From assembly GCA_963666205.1 (NCBI GenBank), contig OY762654.1, forward strand, positions 1,504,001 to 1,568,000: DNA of 64,000 nucleotides, in the 5' to 3' direction. Under the pieces are notes generated by a model. The model was not told the DNA's origin and did no database searches. It worked only from the letters and a program-made list of their open reading frames with translations. Numbering within the stretch: position 1 is the stretch's first letter; the number at the start of each line of letters is the position of its first letter. Positions 38,610 to 48,216 of the stretch are shown piece by piece. The translations under genes and the position numbers were made by a program. This DNA is from Synergistales bacterium. GTDB lineage: Bacteria > Synergistota > Synergistia > Synergistales > JAFGMB01.

Positions 38610-41600
38610 ATGAACATAGCCCAGTATTCCATCACAAAACGCACCGTAACCCTTTTCCTGTCCCTTCTCATCCTGATAGGGGGTACAGCAGCATACTTCC
38701 AGATGGGAAAACTGGAAGATCCGGAATACACAATAAAGACCGCAGTGGTGATAACCCGTTACCCCGGAGCAACCCCTTCGGAGGTTGAAGAGGAAGTTAC
38801 AGACGTCATTGAGACTGCTGTACAGCAGCTGGGACAGGTTGATGAAGTAAGATCCCTTTCCAGGGACGGTGTCTCTACAATATATGTGGATATAAAGGAC
38901 ACATATACGGGGAAAGACCTTCCCCAGATATGGGATGAACTTAGAAGGAAAGTAAATGGAGCCAGGTCACTACTTCCTCCCGGAGTTGGTGAACCCTTCG
39001 TTAATGACGATTATGGTGATGTTTACGGAGTCTACTTTGCCCTCTCCGGAGAAGGATACAGCTATAAGGAACTCAAAGAATATGCTGATTTTCTTAAAAG
39101 GGAACTTCTTCTCGTCAAGGATGTGGCAAGGGTTGCGATCCAGGGAGACCAGAGGGAAGTCATCTATGTTGAGATCTCAAGGGCAAAGATGGCCACAATG
39201 GGCATATCTCCCGATGCGATCTACGGGTTTCTTAACCAGCAGAATACCATCTCACAGGTGGCAAAAACCTCAGTTGGAGATGAATACCTGAGAATCGACC
39301 CTACAGGAGGTCTCAGGTCAGTTGAGGATATCGGAGACCTTGTTATAGGAGGCGGCCCTTCCGGAGCCCTTGTACATCTTCGGGATGTGGCCACTGTAAC
39401 CAGGAGTTATATGGATCCTGCCTACAGTCTTATGCGTTTCAACGGAAAAGCTGCCCTTGGAATTGGTATTTCAACCGTCAGCGGCGGAAACGTCGTTGAA
39501 ATGGGACAGGCAGTGAAGGAAAAACTTGCCATGCTCGAAGGACAGGCTCCCCTCGGTATGGCACTGGAACGGATATATCTTCAGTCCGACCGGGTCACCA
39601 TTGCCATAAACGGATTTCTTATCAACCTCGCAGAAGCCCTTGGCATAGTAATTGCCCTTCTGGTTGTATTCATGGGATGGCACAGCGGACTTCTCATAGG
39701 AGGAGTTCTCCTCCTTACAATAGGAGCCACATTCCTGACCATGCAGTTCATGGGAATTTTTCTCCAGAGAATTTCTCTGGCCTCTCTGATAATTGCCCTG
39801 GGAATGCTGGTGGACAATGCCATAGTAATAACTGAAGGTATCATGGTAAAGATCCATACAGGAATGGACCGCTTTAAGGCTTCAGGCCAGACTGCGAAGG
39901 AAACAATGTGGCCTTTGCTTGGCGCGACTATAATAGCCATTCTAGCCTTCTCTGCAATAGGCCTCTCCCCTGACAGCGTGGGAGAATACTGCCGCAGCCT
40001 TTTCCAGGTAGTGGGTATCTCTCTCCTGTGGAGCTGGATCCTTGCCCTGACCCTTACTCCCCTGCTCTGCCACATGCTGATAACAGAAAAAGACGGCGGT
40101 CCCCAGGAAGATCCTTACGGCGGAAAGTTCTTTACCCTGTATAGAAATTTTCTTAAAACAAGGCTAAACCGCAGATGGCAGACCATGATGGTCATGGCAG
40201 GATTTCTTTTTGTAGCAATATGGGGTTTCGGTTTCATAGATAAAACATTTTTCCCGGATTCGGACCTTCCCCTATTAAAGGTCGATTTCCGCAATCCCGA
40301 GAGCGTATCCATAGAAAAAACTTCAAAAGACATGGAGAAGATAGAAGATTATCTTATCCATCAGGGAGAGGTTGAATCGGTATCAACGTTTGTCGGAGGT
40401 GGAGCCCTTCGCTTCATGCTCAGCTATTCCCCTCCCGATGCTTCTTCTAATATGGGACAGATCCTCGTAAGGGTTAAAGACTTTAAAGACCTTGGAAGCA
40501 TTATAGAGAGAACCCGAAATTATCTGACGGAAAATTTCCCGGACTCACTTCCCATGACCGACCTGATGCCACTGGGCCCTCCGGGAGGAGGTGTCGAAGT
40601 ACGCTTCAGAGGCTACGACCCGGCAATTCTCCGCGAACTGAGCAACCAGGCAAAAGCAATCATGGCCGACGACCCTTATGCTATAGACGTCAGGGATACC
40701 TGGAACGAACGTGTCAAGGTTCTAAGACCCCAGATACTGGAAAAACAGGCCCGCCTTGTGGGCCTCACAAGACCAGACATAAACCGGGCCCTTCAGACAG
40801 CCTTCAGCGGATATCCCATAGGTATCTACCGTGAGGGGAACGATCTTCTCCCCATCGTTTCCAGGTACCCCGAAAAGGACCGGGGAGGGATAGAGGACCT
40901 GGACAAGGTTCAGGTATGGAACGCGAACACCAACAGGGTCATACCTTTAGGCTCGGTCATGAGCGGGCTCAAGACCGAATACGAAGACCCGGTGATCTGG
41001 AGAAAGAACAGGGTAAGAACAATAACCGCCCAATGTGATGCAAAAACCGGTACAACCAATGTCATGCTTTTCAACAGGCTTAAGCCTTTGCTGGAGAATA
41101 TAATACTCCCCCAGGGATATACCATGGAATGGGGAGGGGAACATGAAAATTCATCGGATGCTCAAGCAGGATTAAGTAAAATGCTGCCCATAAGTCTTCT
41201 CCTCATGGTGACCATACTGGTGGTGCTTTTCAATGCCCTCCGACAGCCCCTTATAATAATTCTATGCCTTCCCCTTGCCATAATAGGGGTTGCGGCAGGA
41301 CTGCTGCTTACGGGCCAGCCTTTCAGTTTCATGGCTCTGCTGGGATTTCTGAGCCTTACGGGTATGCTGATAAAGAACGCTATTGTTCTGATAGACCAGA
41401 TAGACCTCGAGATAAGGAGTGGTAAAGAAAGTTTCGATGCTGTACTGGACTCGGCAGTCAGCAGGTTGAGACCCGTAATGATGGCTTCCATGACCACTGT
41501 CCTCGGTATGATACCCCTTATCTGGGATATCCTGTTTGCACCCATGGCTGCCACAATAATGTTCGGACTGACCTTTGGAACAGTATTGACTCTGATAGTG

Positions 41601-41669
41601 GTACCTGTTCTTTACGCCCTTTTCTTCAGGATAGATGAACCAGTAAAAGAGGAACCGGAGGCGGTATGA
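38610..41669 (+). CDS. RND efflux permease (AcrB family)
   Basis: LEDP, YPGA, LGMLVDNAIV, GMLIKNAIVL, RLRPVMM. Confidence 0.95.
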   Translation: MNIAQYSITKRTVTLFLSLLILIGGTAAYFQMGKLEDPEYTIKTAVVITRYPGATPSEVEEEVTDVIETAVQQLGQVDEVRSLSRDGVSTIYVDIKDTYTGKDLPQIWDELRRKVNGARSLLPPGVGEPFVNDDYGDVYGVYFALSGEGYSYKELKEYADFLKRELLLVKDVARVAIQGDQREVIYVEISRAKMATMGISPDAIYGFLNQQNTISQVAKTSVGDEYLRIDPTGGLRSVEDIGDLVIGGGPSGALVHLRDVATVTRSYMDPAYSLMRFNGKAALGIGISTVSGGNVVEMGQAVKEKLAMLEGQAPLGMALERIYLQSDRVTIAINGFLINLAEALGIVIALLVVFMGWHSGLLIGGVLLLTIGATFLTMQFMGIFLQRISLASLIIALGMLVDNAIVITEGIMVKIHTGMDRFKASGQTAKETMWPLLGATIIAILAFSAIGLSPDSVGEYCRSLFQVVGISLLWSWILALTLTPLLCHMLITEKDGGPQEDPYGGKFFTLYRNFLKTRLNRRWQTMMVMAGFLFVAIWGFGFIDKTFFPDSDLPLLKVDFRNPESVSIEKTSKDMEKIEDYLIHQGEVESVSTFVGGGALRFMLSYSPPDASSNMGQILVRVKDFKDLGSIIERTRNYLTENFPDSLPMTDLMPLGPPGGGVEVRFRGYDPAILRELSNQAKAIMADDPYAIDVRDTWNERVKVLRPQILEKQARLVGLTRPDINRALQTAFSGYPIGIYREGNDLLPIVSRYPEKDRGGIEDLDKVQVWNANTNRVIPLGSVMSGLKTEYEDPVIWRKNRVRTITAQCDAKTGTTNVMLFNRLKPLLENIILPQGYTMEWGGEHENSSDAQAGLSKMLPISLLLMVTILVVLFNALRQPLIIILCLPLAIIGVAAGLLLTGQPFSFMALLGFLSLTGMLIKNAIVLIDQIDLEIRSGKESFDAVLDSAVSRLRPVMMASMTTVLGMIPLIWDILFAPMAATIMFGLTFGTVLTLIVVPVLYALFFRIDEPVKEEPEAV

Positions 41670-43066
41670 TCATGAATAAATCCGATGAAAACATGAAAGA
41701 GATTATATTATTACAGAGCTTCAAAAAATTATGTATTTTCGTTCTTGCAGTCGGGTTTGTGATCCTACTCATTGGCCGTCAGGCCTGGTCATCAGAAGGG
41801 TTATCCCTTCTGACCATTGAAACAGCCCTTGAGCTGGCCTCACAGAACAACCCGTTACTGTCCGCAGCACGGCAGCAGGTGAAACAGTCGGAGGAACAGC
41901 TGAACCAGGCAAAGTCTTCCCTCTATCCCTCCCTGGGTACGGAACTTATATACCAGAAGAGCGGAGAGGAACCTTTACTTCCGGTCTATGGAACAGACGG
42001 TTCCTACCTGGGCAATGCTGTCAACGGTTTTGAAGATACCTACAGGGCCGCCCTCAACTTCACCTACCTCCTCTATACAGGCGGGGCAGTAAAACACAGC
42101 GTCCAGGCAAAGGACCTGGAGCTGGAAGCTGTCAAAGCCAGGGTGAGGAGGACATACCAGGCAGTTGATAACAATGTTTACACTTCCTACTACAACCTCC
42201 AGCGGGCGAGGGCCCGCCTGTCAGTTGCAGAGGAGGCCCTTAACCTTGCAAAGGAACATCTCAGGGAAGTGACCCTCTTCTTCGAAAATGGAGTGGTGGC
42301 AAAGAACGAGGTGCTGAGGGTCCAGGTGGAGGTTTCCAACTCCGAGCTCAACCGTATCAAAGGGGCCAACAGCGTGGATGTGGCATGGTCGGCCCTGGAG
42401 AGGTCAGTGGGAGTGGATCTGAGGAATCGGTATGTACTGCCCGAAGGAGAAACATCCCCAGGCAGTTTCGAAATACCACAGAACCTTCAGGAAACGGCCT
42501 TTGATAACCGGCCTGAACTTAAGGCCCTCGATAGGTCCCGCCTCTCAGCCCTGGCCCTGTCGAAGGCAGCCGCAGGACAGGGCGGTCCACAGGTGGTGCT
42601 CAGGGGAGAGACTTACGTGGTGGATGATGAGTTCTTCCCGGAACTTCAGGATGACTGGAAGGTTTCCATAGCAGCCAGCTGGAAGTTATATGACGGAGGA
42701 CAGAGCCGGGCCAGGTCAGCGGAGGCGAAGGCTGCAGCGGATGAACTTCTCTACCGGTTAGAGGACCTGAAAAAGCAGATAGGCCTGGAGCTTTCAACGG
42801 CCCTTCTTAATCTCCGGTCGTCGGGTCAGCGGGTATCCGTAGCAAAGGATCAGGTGAAGAGCGCAGAAGAGGATTACCGCATGGCCCTCCGCCGTTACAG
42901 GTCCCAGGTGGGAACCAACCTGGATGTACTCGACTCCAGGGTCGCCCTCATAAACGCCCGCAACCAGCTGGTGGATTCCGTTTACGATGTCTTTCAATCC
43001 AGGGCTGATCTGCTTTTCGCACTCGGTCTGGATTCTTATTCCGTTACACCTCAGGGGGAACTGTAA
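41666..43066 (+). CDS. TolC-family outer membrane protein
   Basis: Two OEP repeats (NNP.L, NRPEL, VGTNLDVLD). Confidence 0.9.
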   Translation: MIMNKSDENMKEIILLQSFKKLCIFVLAVGFVILLIGRQAWSSEGLSLLTIETALELASQNNPLLSAARQQVKQSEEQLNQAKSSLYPSLGTELIYQKSGEEPLLPVYGTDGSYLGNAVNGFEDTYRAALNFTYLLYTGGAVKHSVQAKDLELEAVKARVRRTYQAVDNNVYTSYYNLQRARARLSVAEEALNLAKEHLREVTLFFENGVVAKNEVLRVQVEVSNSELNRIKGANSVDVAWSALERSVGVDLRNRYVLPEGETSPGSFEIPQNLQETAFDNRPELKALDRSRLSALALSKAAAGQGGPQVVLRGETYVVDDEFFPELQDDWKVSIAASWKLYDGGQSRARSAEAKAAADELLYRLEDLKKQIGLELSTALLNLRSSGQRVSVAKDQVKSAEEDYRMALRRYRSQVGTNLDVLDSRVALINARNQLVDSVYDVFQSRADLLFALGLDSYSVTPQGEL

Positions 43067-43686
43067 TGGCAAGAAACAGTCGTGAAGATGCTGAAAAAAC
43101 AAGATGCAAGATCCTTGGTACAGCTCTGGAACTCTTCTATGCAAGGGGTGTTCCAAGGGTGACCCTCACAGAAATAGCTCAAAAGGCTGGATACACCCGG
43201 GGGGCCATATACAGCCATTTTTCAAGTAAAGCGGAAATTCTCAGGGAACTGCTGATCCTTCAATCCGATATTCTTTCGAACCAGATCGATGAAATGATCT
43301 CTCCGGAAAATCCGCCTCTCTACAGTTTATTCCTCATATCAAAGGAAATGCTTCGTATGGTGGAAGAAAACAGGGAATTCGGATTGCTGGTAAGGGTAAT
43401 GTTTTACAGCCTTCATCTCCTTGAGGAACCTGAATTAAAGCAGACTACCCGGGATATCTTTCAAAAAAACATCCATCGGGACATGAGGTTACTTGAAAAG
43501 GCCCGGGAAAGGGGCGATTTGCGGGATGAACTTGATGTAGAGATCATAGCAAACTCTATTTCCTCCCTTATACAGGGTCTGCTTATGGATTGGGTATTCG
43601 ATAAAAATGAGTTTTCACTGAAAAGAGCATCCCATTCCCTGGAAATATTCTTCAGGGGCATACGGAAAGATTGTCTTTCTTCCTGA
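43066..43686 (+). CDS. TetR/AcrR-family regulator
   Basis: MAR.S.EDAEKTR..IL..A..LF...G...TL.EIA..AG.TRGAIY.HF. Confidence 0.9.
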   Translation: MARNSREDAEKTRCKILGTALELFYARGVPRVTLTEIAQKAGYTRGAIYSHFSSKAEILRELLILQSDILSNQIDEMISPENPPLYSLFLISKEMLRMVEENREFGLLVRVMFYSLHLLEEPELKQTTRDIFQKNIHRDMRLLEKARERGDLRDELDVEIIANSISSLIQGLLMDWVFDKNEFSLKRASHSLEIFFRGIRKDCLSS

Positions 43687-43903
43687 TAAGTATTCAGAGT
43701 CATTCTGCACAAGTCCTCTATCCGTGGAGGAATTGTTCTTCTCTTTCACGGATTTTATCCTCTAAATGCACGACCTTTCATCATTTCCAACCTTTAGAAG
43801 GAAGTCCGGCATAGCCGGACTTCCCTTTCCCAAGAGTTTGAAAAACAGGTCTAGCGGCAGTAACCCCTTAAGGTATTCCCTTTGACAACCTCTGTTTACC
43901 TGG

Positions 43904-43984
43904 ATATCCACAGGTTATCCACGAAATTTGTGGATAATTATGCTATTTTATGCAAAATAATCAGAAAATTGATAGAAATCCACA
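43904..43984. promoter_or_regulatory. Cluster of DnaA-box-like 9-mers
   Basis: ATATCCACA 43904, TTATCCACG 43915, TGTGGATAA 43929 (perfect, inverted), AAATCCACA 43976. Confidence 0.5.
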
Positions 43985-44086
43985 TCTGATTATGATAAAT
44001 TAATCCTCAACAGATATAATATGTTTCTGAACCTGGAAATATTGTTTCTTCTATAAAAATGGCATATGTCAAAGGAGGTGCTGCAT

Positions 44087-44239
44087 ATGTGCGGCGGAAA
44101 TCACGATCATCACCATCCCCAGGTAATAAAAGTGTTCAAACCCGAACAGGACGGGGAATGCTGCTGTGAAATAAAAGCTGAAGAAGTTGAGATCAAAGAA
44201 TCCAACTGCGGATGCAATTGCACCTGCGGGAAAAAATAA
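44087..44239 (+). CDS. 50-aa Cys/His-rich metal-binding-like peptide; absent from the ORF track
   Basis: AAAGGAGGTG RBS; MCGGNHDHHHPQVIKVFKPEQDGECCCEIKAEEVEIKESNCGCNCTCGKK; terminator follows. Confidence 0.7.
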   Translation: MCGGNHDHHHPQVIKVFKPEQDGECCCEIKAEEVEIKESNCGCNCTCGKK

Positions 44240-44265
44240 CTCCTTCTTCCAAGTGAATTATCAGC

Positions 44266-44292
44266 AAAGGCCGGGCAAATGCCCGGCCTTTT
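44266..44292. terminator. Bidirectional terminator
   Basis: AAAGGCCGGGCA-AA-TGCCCGGCCTTT between convergent genes. Confidence 0.7.
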
Positions 44293-44294
44293 TC

Positions 44295-44792
44295 CTATTC
44301 CGTTCGATTCCTGGTCTTTGTCCTTATCTTTCCAATCCTGCTGCTGACAGCCTGCTGGGTAATTCCGAGTTTCCGGGCTATCTCCTTCTGCAGATAGCCG
44401 AAGGCAACCATTTTCAGTATATCCTTTTCATCGCCTTCCATTAAATCAAAGATGCTGTCGGCCATCCCTGGAAGCTGCATTTCTGATCCAGGCTCCATTC
44501 CCGCATCTATCAGCTGATCCAGATCTATGGTTTCCCTCTTCCTAAGCCTTCTGGCTGCATTTCGGACCTTGGCGGGAAGCTGGCGCTTCAGGAAAAGGGG
44601 CAAAACTCTGGAAGAAGTACACCTTGGAGCAAGTTTAATAAGGGCAAGATACCCTTCCTGAACCAGATCTTCGTACTCCGCTCCCCTGCCTTCATATCTT
44701 TTAGCAAGGGCCTTGACCAGAGGAGTGAACTGTTCTGTCAATTGCTGCATTTCTTTGTCGCTGTAATTTTTTTTCTTAAGACTCGTATTCAA
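44295..44792 (-). CDS. Small sigma70-family (ECF/TcdR-like) sigma factor
   Basis: Region 2 EYEDLVQEGYLAL and region 4 HTH QKEIARKLGITQQAVS. Confidence 0.8.
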   Translation of the reverse strand: MNTSLKKKNYSDKEMQQLTEQFTPLVKALAKRYEGRGAEYEDLVQEGYLALIKLAPRCTSSRVLPLFLKRQLPAKVRNAARRLRKRETIDLDQLIDAGMEPGSEMQLPGMADSIFDLMEGDEKDILKMVAFGYLQKEIARKLGITQQAVSSRIGKIRTKTRNRTE

Positions 44793-44809
44793 ATTTCCCC
44801 CTCGTTTTA

Positions 44810-45151
44810 TCAGCGAATACCCAGATGAACAAAATTCCGTTTATCGTAAGTTATGACTGAATCAAAACCCACAACTCGAGCGCATTCCTGAAAGACTTTC
44901 TGTTCAGGCCAGAAAACCACTACATCTACTGCAAGACCCTTTCGATGAAGACTGTGAGGAACTCCTCCCACCTCCTGATTGTGTTTTTCACAACGATAAC
45001 CACTTGTAATGAACAATGGCTTTTTCCATATCTCCCGTAAATCTTCGAGTTTATCTACCAGGCGTGTATGGACCCTGGTACAGAGGCAGCATGGACACTG
45101 AAACTCACGCATGTTGAAATGGTCGGAAAGCCTGAAATCATTGATCCCCAG
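44810..45151 (-). CDS. Peptidase M15 family zinc D-Ala-D-Ala peptidase / endolysin-like
   Basis: SGYRC..HN..VGG...S.H..G.A.D ... FVH; the conserved-looking INDFRLSDHF extends upstream to CTG 45151 behind AGGGGG. Confidence 0.8.
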   Translation of the reverse strand: MGINDFRLSDHFNMREFQCPCCLCTRVHTRLVDKLEDLREIWKKPLFITSGYRCEKHNQEVGGVPHSLHRKGLAVDVVVFWPEQKVFQECARVVGFDSVITYDKRNFVHLGIR

Positions 45152-45302
45152 ATTTCAGTACCCCCTGGCCCGCTATGGCGAATCGAAGTTCGGATATAGC
45201 CTGGGTCAGATCTTCCAGGCGCTTTTCCATACGCACCAGCAGATAGGCTGATACTGCTACGGCAAAGCCGCTCTGGATGGCTGATGAGACAAATTCTTCC
45301 AA
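45138..45302 (-). CDS. YvrJ-family small single-TM protein
   Basis: GFAVAVSAYLLVRMEKRLEDL..AI..L; TTG start after GGGGGG RBS. Confidence 0.8.
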   Translation of the reverse strand: MEEFVSSAIQSGFAVAVSAYLLVRMEKRLEDLTQAISELRFAIAGQGVLKSGDQ

Positions 45303-45576
45303 CTTAATACCCCCCATATCAATTTTGGATTTTAGATTAAAAACAAAAGTCAAAACCTGTTTAGATTTGCGATTTGAGATCAAATGCCAAATTCTCGCGC
45401 AGGATGGGTTGTAAATGCGTCTTAAAGTCTTTGCATGATTGCCTACGGTCCGTCCCTCCACGGTTTTGTCAGTGATTTTTGACGGATTTGTGGCGTACTT
45501 CAGCCCATCACCTCTGCCTGAAAGCCGGATGGGCAAGGAATTAACCCTGCCCATCGCAGTTTTATATCAGCGCACC

Positions 45577-45780
45577 TTAGCCGATAAGCTCGGTTACGGT
45601 GTTTTCATTTATTTCGGCACTCAAAATGGAATTGATATCATCCACAAAAATGGAATTGTCGATGATGGACTGCATCGCTGCCTGCACCTCGGCAGGAGTA
45701 AGGCCATCCTTGGGGTACTTTAAGGAAATTGACATGGTGTCATTGTCACTTGTTCCAAATACCATTCTCAGAGTTTTCAA
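45577..45780 (-). CDS. DUF2922-family protein
   Basis: KTL.M.F......SISL..PK..LT..EV..AM..II...IF; GGAGGTG RBS. Confidence 0.8.
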   Translation of the reverse strand: MKTLRMVFGTSDNDTMSISLKYPKDGLTPAEVQAAMQSIIDNSIFVDDINSILSAEINENTVTELIG

Positions 45781-45822
45781 TATCTCACCTCCCCTGCATT
45801 AAAAATGTCACTGCCATGATAC

Positions 45823-46044
45823 TTAAACAGCTATGACCGCGTCGGTGTCGATCTTCTGGGTTGTATAAAGGGGAACGTTGATAACACCGGCAAGGGCTGA
45901 AGCCACTGCCTCCACTGCATCTGCCGTGGCAGCGGAATTAACTCCTCGCAGAGTCTGACTTGAAAGCTGAGGTTTGCCCCACTCGTCGGACCCGACCTGA
46001 AGCTTCAGGACAAGCTTGCTTTCCACTGGCTGAAAATTGGCCAT
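45823..46044 (-). CDS. DUF1659-family protein
   Basis: SKLVLKLQVG.D..GKP...S.T..V...AT...V..VA.AL; GGAGGTG RBS. Confidence 0.8.
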   Translation of the reverse strand: MANFQPVESKLVLKLQVGSDEWGKPQLSSQTLRGVNSAATADAVEAVASALAGVINVPLYTTQKIDTDAVIAV

Positions 46045-46238
46045 CTTTTATCACCTCCAAAAATTTTATTTGACATCTATAAGAGTGCACCTGAAATCAT
46101 ATATATACAAATAGTAAATATAAATTTCTTTCTGTTGTCAATCAGAAATCCATAACCAGCCACTTCCGAATTGACTGGCACCCCATCTTTGGACTAATAT
46201 CAGAGAGTTTGAAATTGATTCTCAGGAGGAAACACACA

Positions 46239-46823
46239 ATGAAATGTCATCTTTGCGAAGAAAAACCCTGCCGGAAGGGAGAACCGTGTATCGAAAAGGA
46301 TAGCCGCCATCTCTATGAAGATCCTCTGGACCGAAAGCTTCTGAAGGTTGCCGCGGAAGTTGAAGCCCTTTATTACGAACAGATATGCAGGGTCGATGAG
46401 ATCATGGAGTTCTCCAGGAGAATGGGTTTTAAAAAAATAGGGATCGCTTTCTGTGTTGGACTTGCAAAGGAAGCACGTATAATAGGTGAAATATTTTCCA
46501 GAGAGTTCGAGGTTCATTCAGTATGCTGCAAGGTGGGAGGCATGGCAAAGGCCGATTTTGATATGCCTGCTCCAACATGGCTTGGCAGCACCACATGCAA
46601 CCCCGCAGAGCAGGCTAATGTTCTCAACGAAGAAGGTACAGACTTCAACGTGGTACTGGGACTATGTGTAGGCCATGATTCTCTCTTTTACAAACACTCC
46701 AAGGCACCGGTCACAACCCTTGTAACAAAGGACCGCAAACTTGGACATAACCCCGTGGCTGCCATCTACTGCCCCTACATCGTCCGCCACCTGGGAGATA
46801 AACCGAAGGAAAGAACTGAATAG
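46239..46823 (+). CDS. DUF1847-family Cys-rich metal-binding protein
   Basis: KIGIAFCVGL, VCCKVG, CNP..QA..LN, GLCVGHD, KDR.LGHNP. Confidence 0.85.
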   Translation: MKCHLCEEKPCRKGEPCIEKDSRHLYEDPLDRKLLKVAAEVEALYYEQICRVDEIMEFSRRMGFKKIGIAFCVGLAKEARIIGEIFSREFEVHSVCCKVGGMAKADFDMPAPTWLGSTTCNPAEQANVLNEEGTDFNVVLGLCVGHDSLFYKHSKAPVTTLVTKDRKLGHNPVAAIYCPYIVRHLGDKPKERTE

Positions 46824-46930
46824 CTGATAATTCAGGATAAAAGAGAGCCCGACTTTTAAAATTGGCCAGGATCTCTTTTATCCTGAGGTTATATCCACTT
46901 TATCCAGGATAGATTTTTTGAGCAGATAGA

Positions 46931-48127
46931 TCATTCTCTGGAAATAGAATCATAAAAGAATTCTTTAATGAAAAAGATACATACCCCCGCACACAGCATT
47001 GTTCCGATCATAAGATAGCTGAATCTTATGGCTGGATCATTGAAAGCTCTTCCCATGAAATCCAGGAAAACAGGAGAAGTAAACTGGCCAAGAAATATCA
47101 TGGCGCTTAAAGTTGCCATGGCCTTAACTGTCTGATCCCCTGGTACGGAGTTGGAAGCCTTGAGAAAAACGTATGGATACAGGGACCTGTTCGCGAAACC
47201 TATGAGAAAACTTCCTCCAAAGACCATCCAGAGGGCAAGTGAAAAATGGAGGGTAAAAAAACCGATGGCCATAAGAGACAGCATGGCTGAAAGGAAGTGT
47301 TTTCCCGATAACCTGTGAGTCGTGTGAAGGAAAAGACCGGCAAAGAATCCTGCAAGGGTAGAACAGGCAACGGCCGTTCCTGCCTCCCTGGAAGTACCAA
47401 GGGCACTCTCCTTCAGAAAAAATGCCATGGTTGGAGGAAGGGCGAAAAAGACTAAATTAAGGCAGAACATACCCACAGCAAGGCAGTATATGGAAAAGGG
47501 AAGCCTGGTTCTATGTGAATCAGGAGAAGGATGTTCTGGAGGTTCGGGAATAAATAACCACGCCATAACCAGGACTGGAAGGGCAAAGAGATATATAAGG
47601 AAAGAATACCTCCAGTGAAAACTGGCCAGATAACCCGAGAGAACCAGAGAGACGAAACCTCCAAGCATGTTGGAAGAACTGGACATACCCATAAGTCTTG
47701 CCCGTTCCCTGTCTTCAAAAAAATCAGAAATTAGAGCGGTGGAAAGGGGCATTACAAGGCCTACTCCTATTCCAAGGATTACCCTGGATAAAAGCAGTGA
47801 CAAGATTCCCGGCGCTACAACGCCTCCAAGACCTCCCGCTATATAAACAAGAAGCCCTGTAAGAAGAATGATTCTTTTGGGGAATTTCCCCACAAGCCAG
47901 CTGGATACAAAGAGAAAGGGGATCATTACCAGGGCGGGGAGAGTCGCCACAAACTGGACGGTAAGTCTCTCTGCCTGAGGGAAAGCTGCGGCTATAACTC
48001 CCAGGGCAGGAGAAACTGCTGCCCCGGCCATTACAGTGAGGAGAGACAGGGAAAGAACTGCCGGCTGAAGGAATCTTCTATATTTTGAATTCAATACTCT
48101 CATACTCCTCTGTCTGTTGGATTTCAC
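46931..48127 (-). CDS. MFS transporter
   Basis: 12 TM pattern, R...GIG.G..MP...ALI.D.F. Confidence 0.88.
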   Translation of the reverse strand: MKSNRQRSMRVLNSKYRRFLQPAVLSLSLLTVMAGAAVSPALGVIAAAFPQAERLTVQFVATLPALVMIPFLFVSSWLVGKFPKRIILLTGLLVYIAGGLGGVVAPGILSLLLSRVILGIGVGLVMPLSTALISDFFEDRERARLMGMSSSSNMLGGFVSLVLSGYLASFHWRYSFLIYLFALPVLVMAWLFIPEPPEHPSPDSHRTRLPFSIYCLAVGMFCLNLVFFALPPTMAFFLKESALGTSREAGTAVACSTLAGFFAGLFLHTTHRLSGKHFLSAMLSLMAIGFFTLHFSLALWMVFGGSFLIGFANRSLYPYVFLKASNSVPGDQTVKAMATLSAMIFLGQFTSPVFLDFMGRAFNDPAIRFSYLMIGTMLCAGVCIFFIKEFFYDSISRE

Positions 48128-48216
48128 AAAGAAAAACCTGCTCTATTGTTTCATATTTAACAGACAGTTATTCTCCCACATATAAATAAAAAAGGACAGA
48201 AAAATGATGATCTTTC

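Noticed and set aside
45303-45554. 84-aa N-terminal extension of YvrJ in the ORF track
   Set aside because: Translates repeat/hairpin DNA; family similarity and the RBS start at TTG 45302.
44295-46044. Prophage
   Set aside because: No integrase, terminase, capsid or tail genes; only a lysis-like pair.
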